From the NCBI GenBank assembly GCA_017476765.1, contig JAFUZE010000298.1:1-57857 (forward strand): DNA of 57,857 nucleotides, given 5' to 3'. Below, piece after piece: positions 30,273-39,030 of the stretch. The notes beneath the pieces were generated by a model. The model had not been told where the DNA came from, searched no databases, and was given only the letters and a program-made list of their open reading frames with translations. The translations under genes were made by a program, and so were the position numbers. The DNA comes from Lachnospiraceae bacterium (GTDB lineage Bacteria; Bacillota; Clostridia; Lachnospirales; Lachnospiraceae). Each line of letters begins with the position of its first letter. The stretch's first letter is position 1.

Positions 30273-31604
30273 CTAAACAAAACGCTTGCTTTGCCATCTT
30301 CTGCTTTGCCAACGCCACAGCATCAGTACCCCGCGCAGGCACTCATCCGCAGCGAGCGCTGCCCACAATCCGTAAATTCCCATGCCGAAGACGACGGCGA
30401 GGATATAGGCACCCAGCACACTAATCAGCCACATCGAAAAGATTGCGCAGCCTGTCGGGAAAAATACATCTCCCGCCCCCCGCAGGCAGGCAATGACGAC
30501 AAGATTCGTCGTCCGCCCCATTTCGAGGAGTACGTCGATGAGAAGAATATGCGCCCCCAGACGGATCACTTCCCGATCTGCCGTAAAAATTCCCATCAGG
30601 CCGTTTCTGAATAAAACTCCTGTCATACATGCAGCCAGCGTAATCATAATGGCATTTCTGTAGGAGCGCAAGCACTGCCTGTATGCTTCCTCCATTTCAT
30701 CCGCACCGACGAGGTGTCCGGTAATGATCTGGGATGCCTGACCGATTGCCACCGAAAATATGTAAAAAAACATCGTGATATTCTGCACATAGGTTTTGGT
30801 GACAAGCTCCGCCTCCGTGAGACAGTTTAACACCATCGACGTAATGACAAGCTGCGAGAGATTATACAAAAATGTCTCTGTCGCCGACGGCACGCCGATC
30901 TTTAAAATATCCCTGACATCCTTAAACGGAAACGGCCGCAGCATTTGAAAGATGGAAAGCTTCTCCACATTCTTAAAAAGTACGACGGCGAGAACGACCG
31001 TACCGGCAATTCTGCTAAGTGATGTTGCAATCGCAACACCCATCACCCCCATTTTCGGCAGTCCGAACAGACCGAGCACGAACACAATATCGAGCCCCGT
31101 GTTCACAATGTTCATGCCCACTGTGACATACATCGAGATTTGCGTCATTCCGTGGTTGCGGATAATGACCGACATGGAGCTTAGCACCGCCTGCAAAAAA
31201 ATAAACCCGCCTACGATGGACAAATACTGTCCTGCATATTCGAGGATTTTGCCCTTCGCTCCTATGAAGGACAGAATCGACCGTCCCCACAACACGAGCA
31301 CTGCGCTGATAATAAGTCCTGCCGCAAAGTGAAACGCGATCGAAAGTGCGGCAATCCGCGATGCATCCTGCCTCTTTTCGGCTCCCAGGTACTGCGAGAT
31401 CAGTACCGCACTCGCTCCCGAGACAACGGTAAAAACAATCGTCACGATAGACAGTGCCTGATTGGCGGTATTCACGGAGGATGCCGCCAGATCATCATAT
31501 TTACTTAAAACAAAAACATCCGCAAAGCCGAGCAGCATAAACAGCGCTGTCTCTACAAAAATCGGCCATGCCAGCTGAAATAATTTTAACTGCTTCATCC
31601 TCAC
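30273..31604 (-). CDS. MATE family efflux transporter
   Basis: 443 aa, 12 TM helices; N-terminus LAWPIFVETALFML is typical of MATE/NorM-like pumps. Confidence 0.9.
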   Translation of the reverse strand: MRMKQLKLFQLAWPIFVETALFMLLGFADVFVLSKYDDLAASSVNTANQALSIVTIVFTVVSGASAVLISQYLGAEKRQDASRIAALSIAFHFAAGLIISAVLVLWGRSILSFIGAKGKILEYAGQYLSIVGGFIFLQAVLSSMSVIIRNHGMTQISMYVTVGMNIVNTGLDIVFVLGLFGLPKMGVMGVAIATSLSRIAGTVVLAVVLFKNVEKLSIFQMLRPFPFKDVRDILKIGVPSATETFLYNLSQLVITSMVLNCLTEAELVTKTYVQNITMFFYIFSVAIGQASQIITGHLVGADEMEEAYRQCLRSYRNAIMITLAACMTGVLFRNGLMGIFTADREVIRLGAHILLIDVLLEMGRTTNLVVIACLRGAGDVFFPTGCAIFSMWLISVLGAYILAVVFGMGIYGLWAALAADECLRGVLMLWRWQSRRWQSKRFV

Positions 31605-31810
31605 TCTCCCTCAAAAATACCGACCTGTACTTCCTTCAAAATGCAAATCTGTACTTCCTTCAAAGCCCCGGAGCATTCGCACAAAGGCTTTCTGATTCGT
31701 TATACATCGTTTCCGCTCATTCGTCAACCGAAAGCACAAAAAAGGGCATTGCCCTGATGACCGCAATCAGTCATTCCCGCAATACCCTTTTTATGCTATG
31801 CTGTTTGTAC

Positions 31811-32194
31811 TCAGCCTGCCTTATCCCATGCACAGATGCTTATGTACACATCGTTATAATCCTCATCATCGTAGTCCTCACCGGCAAGCAGAAAGCTTAT
31901 TCCGACTTGTTTGCCTGTCGTGGCGGATGAAATATAACTTGTGTTGTGCCATGTCTCAAGCTTGTTTGCATTTACCGATTCAATATCGATCTTTACCTTC
32001 TCGGCTTTGATAAAAGCGCTGCCCTGTCCGAGCGGCGGATCGATATTTGTACTTTGTTTTGAGCCCTCAAGGTAGACATTTCCCGCTTCATCGTAAAGCT
32101 TTACCTTGATTTTATTCCCCGCCTGCGTTGTTATGAACCAGGACATATACTGACCTTTCTTAAAACCATCCAGAATCAACGTTTTTTTAGCCAC
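31811..32194 (-). CDS. LecB/PA-IIL-like calcium-dependent lectin homolog (127 aa from GTG 32194)
   Basis: The C-terminus FLLAGEDYDDEDYNDVYISICAWDKAG matches the LecB Ca-binding loop and terminal Gly (LecB: FALVGSEDGTDNDYNDAVVVINWPLG, recalled from memory). Mid-protein GSKQSTN resembles SGQSTNN. GTG 32194 follows an AAGGAAAAGGGGG RBS and overlaps the TenA-like stop. Confidence 0.7.
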   Translation of the reverse strand: MAKKTLILDGFKKGQYMSWFITTQAGNKIKVKLYDEAGNVYLEGSKQSTNIDPPLGQGSAFIKAEKVKIDIESVNANKLETWHNTSYISSATTGKQVGISFLLAGEDYDDEDYNDVYISICAWDKAG

Positions 32195-32948
32195 AGCTTT
32201 TTCCCCCTTTTCCTTCGATTGCTTCGTGATAAGCTTCTGTGAACGCAGCAAGCTCATAGTTCATAGACTTTGAGAAAATTTCACCTGCGAGTGACTCGTC
32301 AAATTCTTTTCCGTCCTTCTGCCATGCGTCAATAAAGTTTCCGATTTCATAGGCACTGTCATAAGAATCCTCACCGGAATAGTTTCCTTCAAACCAATCC
32401 TTGTAAACGCCCGGTTCATAATCACTGCTTTCTTCGATCTTCTGTGAGAACCATGGCCAGAGGTAATAACAAGGCAGCATGGCAACCAGTGTATAAATCG
32501 GCGGATATGCGCACATGACATGATGCTCATGTTCTGCATATGCCATCATCGTATCCGTCGGATTGACACTGTCGGCAGTGCGGATATGCCAGTCACGAAA
32601 GAATGTGCTGTTGTATTCTTCATACCCCTCATATTGAACTTCGACGAGACGTTTCAGATCCGGATATTCCTTGTCGTCGATCTCGGACAGTAAGGACAAC
32701 AATGTGTCTGCCGCACGGTAGCAGTAATAGGAATCGAGTACGGTAAGACAACCATAGTCCTGCGGATTCAAAACTCCATGCTTCATCGCCTGCAGATACT
32801 TCGTATCTATGACAGCATTTGCGACGTCCAGATTTTTTTCAAACACCCGAAAGAAAAAGCTGTCCTCCGGCGGCTTCGCAGTCCGTACCTGCGCACCCTT
32901 TTGCAGACGCGCCGTAAACCGGATATTTCTTGTATAAATTCTGTTCAT
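32187..32948 (-). CDS. TenA/thiaminase-II family protein
   Basis: GVLNPQDYGCLTVLDSYYCY, AMLPCYYLWPWF (conserved Cys), YKDWFEGNY and NYELAAFTEAY parallel B. subtilis TenA motifs (GTLPIDRFKYYVLQDSYYL, LLPCYWLY, YQKWIGTYGG, YYEYQFWGMAY). Confidence 0.7.
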   Translation of the reverse strand: MNRIYTRNIRFTARLQKGAQVRTAKPPEDSFFFRVFEKNLDVANAVIDTKYLQAMKHGVLNPQDYGCLTVLDSYYCYRAADTLLSLLSEIDDKEYPDLKRLVEVQYEGYEEYNSTFFRDWHIRTADSVNPTDTMMAYAEHEHHVMCAYPPIYTLVAMLPCYYLWPWFSQKIEESSDYEPGVYKDWFEGNYSGEDSYDSAYEIGNFIDAWQKDGKEFDESLAGEIFSKSMNYELAAFTEAYHEAIEGKGGKSCG

Positions 32949-33141
32949 TGCTATTCATCCCTCATATCATACGCTTATAGTGGCTCCACGGAAGCTATTG
33001 TTTAAATATACTGTTATATTGTGTCGACATTGATATTGTATATCAAATGCAATATAATGTCAATAATTGTCAGTCAATATAAGGCAATTAAATATGGGGT
33101 GTGTTTTACTCCTTATCTCATATCGAACCACCCTGTGAATC

Positions 33142-33215
33142 GCAGCAAATAATCTCCGGCGGGTGCAGCAAATAATCTTCGGCAGATTGTAACAAATAAT
33201 CGCAGGCAGATATAC
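33142..33215 (+). repeat. Three ~24-bp direct repeats (iteron-like) abutting a promoter
   Basis: GCAGCAAATAATCTCCGGCGGGT / GCAGCAAATAATCTTCGGCAGATTGT / AACAAATAATCGCAGGCAGATATAC. The core CAAATAATC starts at 33146, 33169 and 33193. Confidence 0.6.
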
Positions 33216-33244
33216 TTGTAGCAGCGCTGTTTTTTCGCTATAAT
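33216..33244 (+). promoter_or_regulatory. Candidate promoter for the ABC-class ATPase gene
   Basis: TTGTAG-N17-TATAAT; leaves a ~130-nt leader before ATG 33383. Confidence 0.55.
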
Positions 33245-33382
33245 AAATTTTATGGTTCCGGAATCGGTAACTCCGCATGCCGTCGGCTGAGCCGGGTTGC
33301 GGCATTCCATCGGAAATAAATCATGGGAAAAAAGGAATCATGAGAAAAATAAGAAATAAGAAAAAAGGAAGATATCAGAGCT

Positions 33383-35137
33383 ATGAGAAAATTAGAACAA
33401 TTACTCCGGGAGACCGACCACAAGGGGTATCCCGCATACAAGCAGCTGAAGGGGCGGTATCACTTTCCCGCCTTTGAGCTTTCGATCGACCATGTGCAGG
33501 GAGATCCCTTTGCGGCGCCCTCCTCTGTCAGCCTGCGGATTGCACCCGGTGACCACGGTATCCCAAAGGAATATTATGAAACGCCGCACAGACGCATCAT
33601 GCTTCAGGATTACCTGCTCCGGAGCTTCGGACGGGAGCTTGCCAAATATGATCACCGGGCAAAGGGCTCCGGCAAGAGCGGTACGCTGTCTGTCAGCCGC
33701 TGCCGCCAGGAGGTGCTCGAGCGTTCCGCACTGCAGATCGACCCTGCTTCCGGTCTTTTGACTCTGCGCCTTTATGCCGGCTTTCCTGCGGCGGGACGCA
33801 CGACGCTGTCAATGGAATTAAAGAAGATGCTGATGGAGTACATTCCCGACTGTGCTGCCCGCTGCCTGCGCTATGCTGCGATCTCAAAGCCTGCTCTGCT
33901 TAAATGGATCCGGCTTTCCGATGACCAGCAGAGCATCCGCAGCCAGCTTTCCGAGCAGGGACTTGTCGCCTTCGTGGCAAACGGCGCTAATCTGCCGAGA
34001 AAGAGCGGTGTGGACGATACCCCGATGAAGGGCTCCGTTCCCTTTACGAGCCCGAAGGAAAATGAAATTACGCTGACCCTTCCGGAAGGGCGCACCATTA
34101 CAGGTATGGGCATCCGCAAGGGAATCACGCTGATCGTGGGCGGCGGTTATCATGGAAAATCCACGCTCTTAAAAGCTCTGGAGAGAGGTGTCTATAATCA
34201 TATTCCGGAGGACGGGAGAGAATATGTGATCACGGAATCGACGGCGATGAAGATTCGTTCCGAGGACGGACGCAGCGTCAAGCAGCTGGACATCAGTCCG
34301 TTTATCCGCAATCTTCCGAACAACAAGGACACCACCTGCTTTTCCACAGAGGATGCCAGCGGCAGCACGTCCCAGGCGGCAAATACGGTCGAAGCCGTTT
34401 TATCCGGCAGCAAAACACTCCTGATCGATGAGGACACCTGTGCCACGAATTTCATGGTGCGCGATGAGCTGATGCAGAAGGTCGTTTTGCAAAGTCAGGA
34501 GCCGATTGTCCCATTCCTGCACCGGATGCGGCAGCTTTACGACACGAAAGGAATTTCCACGATACTCGTGGCAGGCAGCTGCGGGGCATATTTTGCAGTG
34601 TCGGATCACATTTTACAGATGAAGGAATATGAGCCTTCGGATATTACAAAAAAGGCAAAGGAAGCGGCTGAGGAATTCGCAGATGTACATGCAGGAAAGA
34701 CGGAAGCTTCCGATTATGATGCGCGAAATACGGAAAGAAACGGAGCAGCGGCTCCGCCTGATGAACTGAAGGATTGGCAGGATAAGCGAATCCCGCTTGC
34801 GAACAAAAACGTCACGGAAAGTAAAAAAGTCAAGGTCAAAGGAGCCGGCACCGATGCGGTCATCTTAAATCATGAGTCGGTGGAGCTTCGGTTCGTCGAG
34901 CAGGTGGTGGATTCCGAACAGACCAATCTGCTCGGAACAATGCTGCGCTTTTTGGAGGAGAACCGCTTTAACGGAAAGACCCCGCTGACCGATTGTGTAA
35001 ACAGTGTGTATCAGGCTTACTCCTCACAGAGCTTTGGTGCGGTCACTCCGGGACATGCCGTTCCGGGAAATCTCGCAGAGGTGCGCGTGCAGGAGCTATG
35101 GGCGATGGTAAACAGATATCGGGGATTAAAGCTGTAG
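33383..35137 (+). CDS. ABC-class ATPase domain protein (COG3044-like, uncharacterised)
   Basis: 584 aa. Walker A-like GGGYHGKSTLL, LLIDEDTCATNF (Walker B). N-terminal pattern DHKGYPAYKQLKGRY is typical of predicted ATPases of the ABC class. Confidence 0.8.
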   Translation: MRKLEQLLRETDHKGYPAYKQLKGRYHFPAFELSIDHVQGDPFAAPSSVSLRIAPGDHGIPKEYYETPHRRIMLQDYLLRSFGRELAKYDHRAKGSGKSGTLSVSRCRQEVLERSALQIDPASGLLTLRLYAGFPAAGRTTLSMELKKMLMEYIPDCAARCLRYAAISKPALLKWIRLSDDQQSIRSQLSEQGLVAFVANGANLPRKSGVDDTPMKGSVPFTSPKENEITLTLPEGRTITGMGIRKGITLIVGGGYHGKSTLLKALERGVYNHIPEDGREYVITESTAMKIRSEDGRSVKQLDISPFIRNLPNNKDTTCFSTEDASGSTSQAANTVEAVLSGSKTLLIDEDTCATNFMVRDELMQKVVLQSQEPIVPFLHRMRQLYDTKGISTILVAGSCGAYFAVSDHILQMKEYEPSDITKKAKEAAEEFADVHAGKTEASDYDARNTERNGAAAPPDELKDWQDKRIPLANKNVTESKKVKVKGAGTDAVILNHESVELRFVEQVVDSEQTNLLGTMLRFLEENRFNGKTPLTDCVNSVYQAYSSQSFGAVTPGHAVPGNLAEVRVQELWAMVNRYRGLKL

Positions 35138-35224
35138 CTTCTATCCCCGTTTCTGTATTCTGTTAGTACGCAGATCTTTTCTTTCCTTTGCAAAAAGCCC
35201 CCACGCGGTCGGTCTGAATGGAGC

Positions 35225-35740
35225 CTAAGCCTGTGCCTTCGCCCAGGATGCAACCTTATTTTCCGATTTGGATGCGTCCGCACCGTGCACTGCCAGACCT
35301 TCCCCAAATGCCGCACCTGCGCATACACGCTTCAGGTCGCGCTCACAGGAGCCGAGCCCGCTGCCCTCGTGCGTCATCAGAGCCATAACCTTTTTACCGT
35401 TCCAGTCGAGCTTTTCTAGCTGGGTAAACATCGCCATCGGGTAGGTTCCCCACCAGCACGGTCCGCATATAAACACATTGTCATACTCTGCGATACTGTC
35501 CAGATAGTTTTTCAGTTCCGGTCTTGCCTTCTGTTGAAGCTCCGCCTTTGCGTCATCAATGCAGGCATAATAATCCGCAGCATATTCCTTGACAGTCTCG
35601 ATTTCAAACAGGTCGCCGCCGACTGCCTTCTGAATAAACTCTGCACAAATCTCCGTGTTTCCCTTTGCCAGCGTCTTTATGCCGCCGTTCACATAGTTCT
35701 GTCCCTTGCGGGAATAATAGATAATCAGATTCTTCGCCAT
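35225..35740 (-). CDS. Flavodoxin-family protein
   Basis: MAKNLIIYYSRKGQNY N-terminus, ~170 aa, flavodoxin-like pattern. Confidence 0.8.
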   Translation of the reverse strand: MAKNLIIYYSRKGQNYVNGGIKTLAKGNTEICAEFIQKAVGGDLFEIETVKEYAADYYACIDDAKAELQQKARPELKNYLDSIAEYDNVFICGPCWWGTYPMAMFTQLEKLDWNGKKVMALMTHEGSGLGSCERDLKRVCAGAAFGEGLAVHGADASKSENKVASWAKAQA

Positions 35741-35914
35741 CTCTCATTCTCCTTTGCCTTCGCTTGCAGTTATAAGATATACAATATATGTTTTCACAAG
35801 ATTCGTCAATTCAAAATCAGGGGACTTCGGATAAGTACACTCTTTTGGCAAACAAAGCGGCGGAACAAATATATTTCAAAGGAGCTCCGTTCCCTCGCTT
35901 TATTTGCTGCAAAT

Positions 35915-36748
35915 TTACGCCTGAGGCTGGAGAGGACCATAATAATAGCTCGCCGTCGCTCCGCCATCCGCAAGAAAGGTAGAGCCAGTGATGAACGCCC
36001 CTGCGTCACTCATCAGAAGCTCTGCGATATTTGCCATCTCATCAGCGGTTCCCGGTCTGCCTGCCGGACACTTTGCGAACATATTTTTATAGAAATCCCC
36101 GCGCGGTCCGTTGAACTCGTCAATCGCAAGCGGAGTCACGATGATGCCCGGTGCAATGTCGTTCAGTCTTGCGCCTCTTTCTCCCCAGCGCACGCTTTCA
36201 TACATCACTCGCTTTTCATTGCAGCGCTTCGCCATCTGATAGGCATGCAGCGTGTCCTTGATGTTCTCCGGTCTGAGGATATCAAGAGCAAGCAGCTCCT
36301 CTGTCGGCGTTGTTGCAAGCTGTCTGTCCTGCTCCGCCGTAAGCTGCGGCATACGCCATCCCGACTGGCTGGAGATTGTCACCCCTGCGCCGCCCTCGGC
36401 AATGACCTTTCCAACCTCCTCCAAAAGCACTGCCGTGCCATAAAGATCGACCTTCAAAATTGCCTCGATGGGTGCCTGTGAAGGAGAAACTCCTGCTCCG
36501 TTGACAAGATATTTTATTTCCCCGTATTCCTGTGCCTTTTTGATAATGGCAAGGATGGACTCCCTGGACGAAAGGTCCATCTCGAACGGCTCCACGTCAA
36601 AGCCGGCATCTGTCATAATCTTGGCGATTGTCTCGCAGTTTTTCATGCTCTTATCGCCGAGAATGATCTTCTTCCCAAATCCCGTTCTTCTGGCGATTGC
36701 CATGCTGATCTGTCCCGCACCTGTTACAATCATTACATCTTTCTTCAT
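35915..36748 (-). CDS. SDR-family oxidoreductase
   Basis: TGAGQISMAIA glycine-rich NAD(P)-binding motif; YxxxK region (YQMAKRC). Confidence 0.88.
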   Translation of the reverse strand: MKKDVMIVTGAGQISMAIARRTGFGKKIILGDKSMKNCETIAKIMTDAGFDVEPFEMDLSSRESILAIIKKAQEYGEIKYLVNGAGVSPSQAPIEAILKVDLYGTAVLLEEVGKVIAEGGAGVTISSQSGWRMPQLTAEQDRQLATTPTEELLALDILRPENIKDTLHAYQMAKRCNEKRVMYESVRWGERGARLNDIAPGIIVTPLAIDEFNGPRGDFYKNMFAKCPAGRPGTADEMANIAELLMSDAGAFITGSTFLADGGATASYYYGPLQPQA

Positions 36749-36820
36749 TTTATTATCCTCCGATCTTTTTTCCTAATTCTCTTCAAAAAACTTCATGTTT
36801 TCTGCTTTTAACGTAAGTAT

Positions 36821-36865
36821 AAAAAAAGCAGGCGCAATCATCAATTCGATTTCGCCCGCTTTTTA
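36821..36865 (-). terminator. Terminator after the LysR gene
   Basis: Minus-strand AGCGGGCG-loop-CGCCTGCT stem followed by TTTTTTT. Confidence 0.6.
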
Positions 36866-36886
36866 ATAAGTAGCGCTTATGTGATA

Positions 36887-37771
36887 TCAAGACAGTCTCT
36901 TCCGAAGCATCTCGGCAAACTCCTCGATATAGTAACCTGTCCTTTCCTCCAGCCAGAACAAACAGTATTTTCTTGTAACCCTGCGATTTTTCCGATAGAG
37001 AGGAATTCTCCTGATTGCACCTGAAACCTCCGGCAGCTTTCCCACAGCCTCAACCGGAAGGAACCCTCTGTTTCCGATTACCATCAGCCTGGCCTCTTCC
37101 TGCGTCTCAGCGAAAAGAAAATCGCTCGTAAAGCCAAGAACATTCCGGTAATACTCCGCTTCCGTATCTCTCTGTTCCTTGGAGGATACGATAATGCAGG
37201 ACAGCTTTGCAAGGTCACTCACTTCGAGTCTCTCATAGCCGGATAAATCGCAGCGTTCGGACAACTCGATGATACATTCCGCATTTTTCAGTTCCATATT
37301 CACATAATCATCGGAAAAGACTCGTCTCTGATCATTCAACGCCAGGTCAAGGCTCCCCGAAACAAGTCCCTGATACAGCTCCTCATGGGTTCCGCTCTGC
37401 ACCGAAATATGGACCTCCGGGTATAGACCTGAAAACTCAGAAATTGCCTCCGACAATTCCGGTCCCGCATACAGGTTGATGTATCCGATATGCAAAGCCG
37501 TCTCTCCATCACTGCCCAACCGGATTGTCTCATTTCGGACTGTATCTAAATCAGAAAGCAAGGTTTTGCATTTCCGGTAAAAATACTCCCCGGCAGTCGT
37601 AATCTGAAAGCTCCTGTTCTTCCGCTCAATCAGCTTCACCCCCAGATCCGCCTCCAGCGCATTCAGCGACTGTGAAATTGCCGACTGTGAAACATAATTC
37701 TTTTCCGCCGCTTCTGTAAAGCTGTTTTCGTCTACAATCGAGACGAAGAATTGTATCTGCCTTAAAAGCAT
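36887..37771 (-). CDS. LysR-family transcriptional regulator
   Basis: MLLRQIQFFVSIVDENSFTEAAEKNYVSQSAISQSLNALE HTH plus a substrate-binding domain. Confidence 0.9.
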   Translation of the reverse strand: MLLRQIQFFVSIVDENSFTEAAEKNYVSQSAISQSLNALEADLGVKLIERKNRSFQITTAGEYFYRKCKTLLSDLDTVRNETIRLGSDGETALHIGYINLYAGPELSEAISEFSGLYPEVHISVQSGTHEELYQGLVSGSLDLALNDQRRVFSDDYVNMELKNAECIIELSERCDLSGYERLEVSDLAKLSCIIVSSKEQRDTEAEYYRNVLGFTSDFLFAETQEEARLMVIGNRGFLPVEAVGKLPEVSGAIRRIPLYRKNRRVTRKYCLFWLEERTGYYIEEFAEMLRKRLS

Positions 37772-38090
37772 GAATCATCTGCTCCTTTATCACTTTTTAT
37801 TACCATCGTGGCACCTTCGCCAGACCCTTTGCCTCCTGCGTTCTTCCTGCTGTTTGTTTCTTCATAATATTGATACCTTCCTTCTCCGATCCGGCAGACA
37901 ACACATCTGTAATTTATTGTGCACACTCCTGCAAAATGTTGCAAAGCTCCTCGACCTTGAACTTCTTTGCACAGCCTCCGGTAAGCACGGTGGACTCTGC
38001 AATCGCACGGAACTGCTAACGTTCCATAACATACGGCTCAATATATCTGCGAGGCATCACCCCGCAGTAATATTTATCAATCGTTCATTT

Positions 38091-38300
38091 TTACATATCC
38101 CCTGCCTTAAAACAAGGTGACGAACCCAATTTCGGATCTGCCAGATATTTCTCCTGCAATTCCGGAAACACCTTTGTTTCCAACACAGTTATCTTACATT
38201 CGTGCTGCATCACGCATCCTCCCTATTTTTCTTTGCTTCTTCCACTACCAATTCCATCTGTCCATACTGCCCAAGCCAATGATACTTCCGGATCATTCCC
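38091..38300 (-). pseudogene. Decayed partial copy of the HxlR-TIGR04076 junction (HxlR C-terminal end plus first 39 codons of a TIGR04076-like gene)
   Basis: Minus-strand ...YHWLGQYGQMELVVEEAKKNREDA* overlaps ATG 38210. The ORF reads MQHECKITVLETKVFPELQEKYLADPKLGSSPCFKAGDM* and stops at 38091. About 80% nucleotide identity by eye to 47117-47290. Confidence 0.6.
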
Positions 38301-38399
38301 TAAAACTCTCTTTATCATAAACTGCCATCCTTTCCGTTCTTTATCTTTTCTGATCGTACACTGGAATATCCATTTGGTCAAGCAGGTGCTTCGATTTTG

Positions 38400-39026
38400 T
38401 TAGAAACGGTATCTCCTCTTTTCTATTCCGACAGATGTTTGCTCCGAATGCCCGGAACAGAGTATTGTTTCATCCGGTAAGGTAAAGATTCGACGGATAA
38501 TGCTTTGCTGCAAATCCTCCAAATTTCCTCCGGGATATTGATAATTACCAATACTCCCCTTGAAAATGGTATCTCCAACAAAGGCAGTCTTATCTGCTTG
38601 AGAATAATACACTACCGAATCAGTAGTATGTCCAGGTGTATAAATAACCTTTAGTGATATATCAGGATTAGCGGACAGCTGTATCACATCGCCATTATCC
38701 ACATATACCACATCGCGTATAGTGATCGGCGGACCGCAGAGTGCAGACAAGTTTTTCCTGGCATCGAGGAGATACTCATCCGACCTCGAATGTGCACTGA
38801 CCGGAATGCCGAGTGCATTCCTGATTGCATCCACAGCACCCATATGATCAAAGTGCCCGTGCGTCAAAAGAATTTGTTCAATCGTCCAGCCTTTTTCCCG
38901 TATCAGGGAAAGAAGGCGATCTGCCTGCGCACCCGGATCAATGATAAATCCACGCTTTGTCTCATCGTCGATATAGAAAAAACAGTTTTCCTCAAAATAC
39001 CCTTTTACGGGAACTTCTACAACCAT
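38400..39026 (-). CDS. MBL-fold metallo-hydrolase (glyoxalase II-like)
   Basis: THGHFDH motif; start MVVEVPVKGYFEENCFFYID at ATG 39026, 4 nt after the DsbA-family stop. Confidence 0.85.
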   Translation of the reverse strand: MVVEVPVKGYFEENCFFYIDDETKRGFIIDPGAQADRLLSLIREKGWTIEQILLTHGHFDHMGAVDAIRNALGIPVSAHSRSDEYLLDARKNLSALCGPPITIRDVVYVDNGDVIQLSANPDISLKVIYTPGHTTDSVVYYSQADKTAFVGDTIFKGSIGNYQYPGGNLEDLQQSIIRRIFTLPDETILCSGHSEQTSVGIEKRRYRF

Positions 39027-39030
39027 ACCA

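Noticed and set aside
31741-31765. Short GGGCA/TGCCC stem plus T run as a terminator of the lectin gene
   Set aside because: The stem is only 5 bp with a 3-nt loop, which is too weak to list as a feature.
33250-33382. Riboswitch in the leader of the ABC-class ATPase gene
   Set aside because: It contains one GC-rich stem but no consensus of any riboswitch class I can recognise. It is kept only as a structured-leader note in a finding.
37772-38090. ORF with in-frame TAG (MPRRYIEPYVMER*QFRAIAESTVLTGGCAKKFKVEELCNILQECAQ) and a 20-codon ORF with an RBS upstream of the LysR gene
   Set aside because: I could not recognise a family. It is treated as gene debris and mentioned under the duplication finding.
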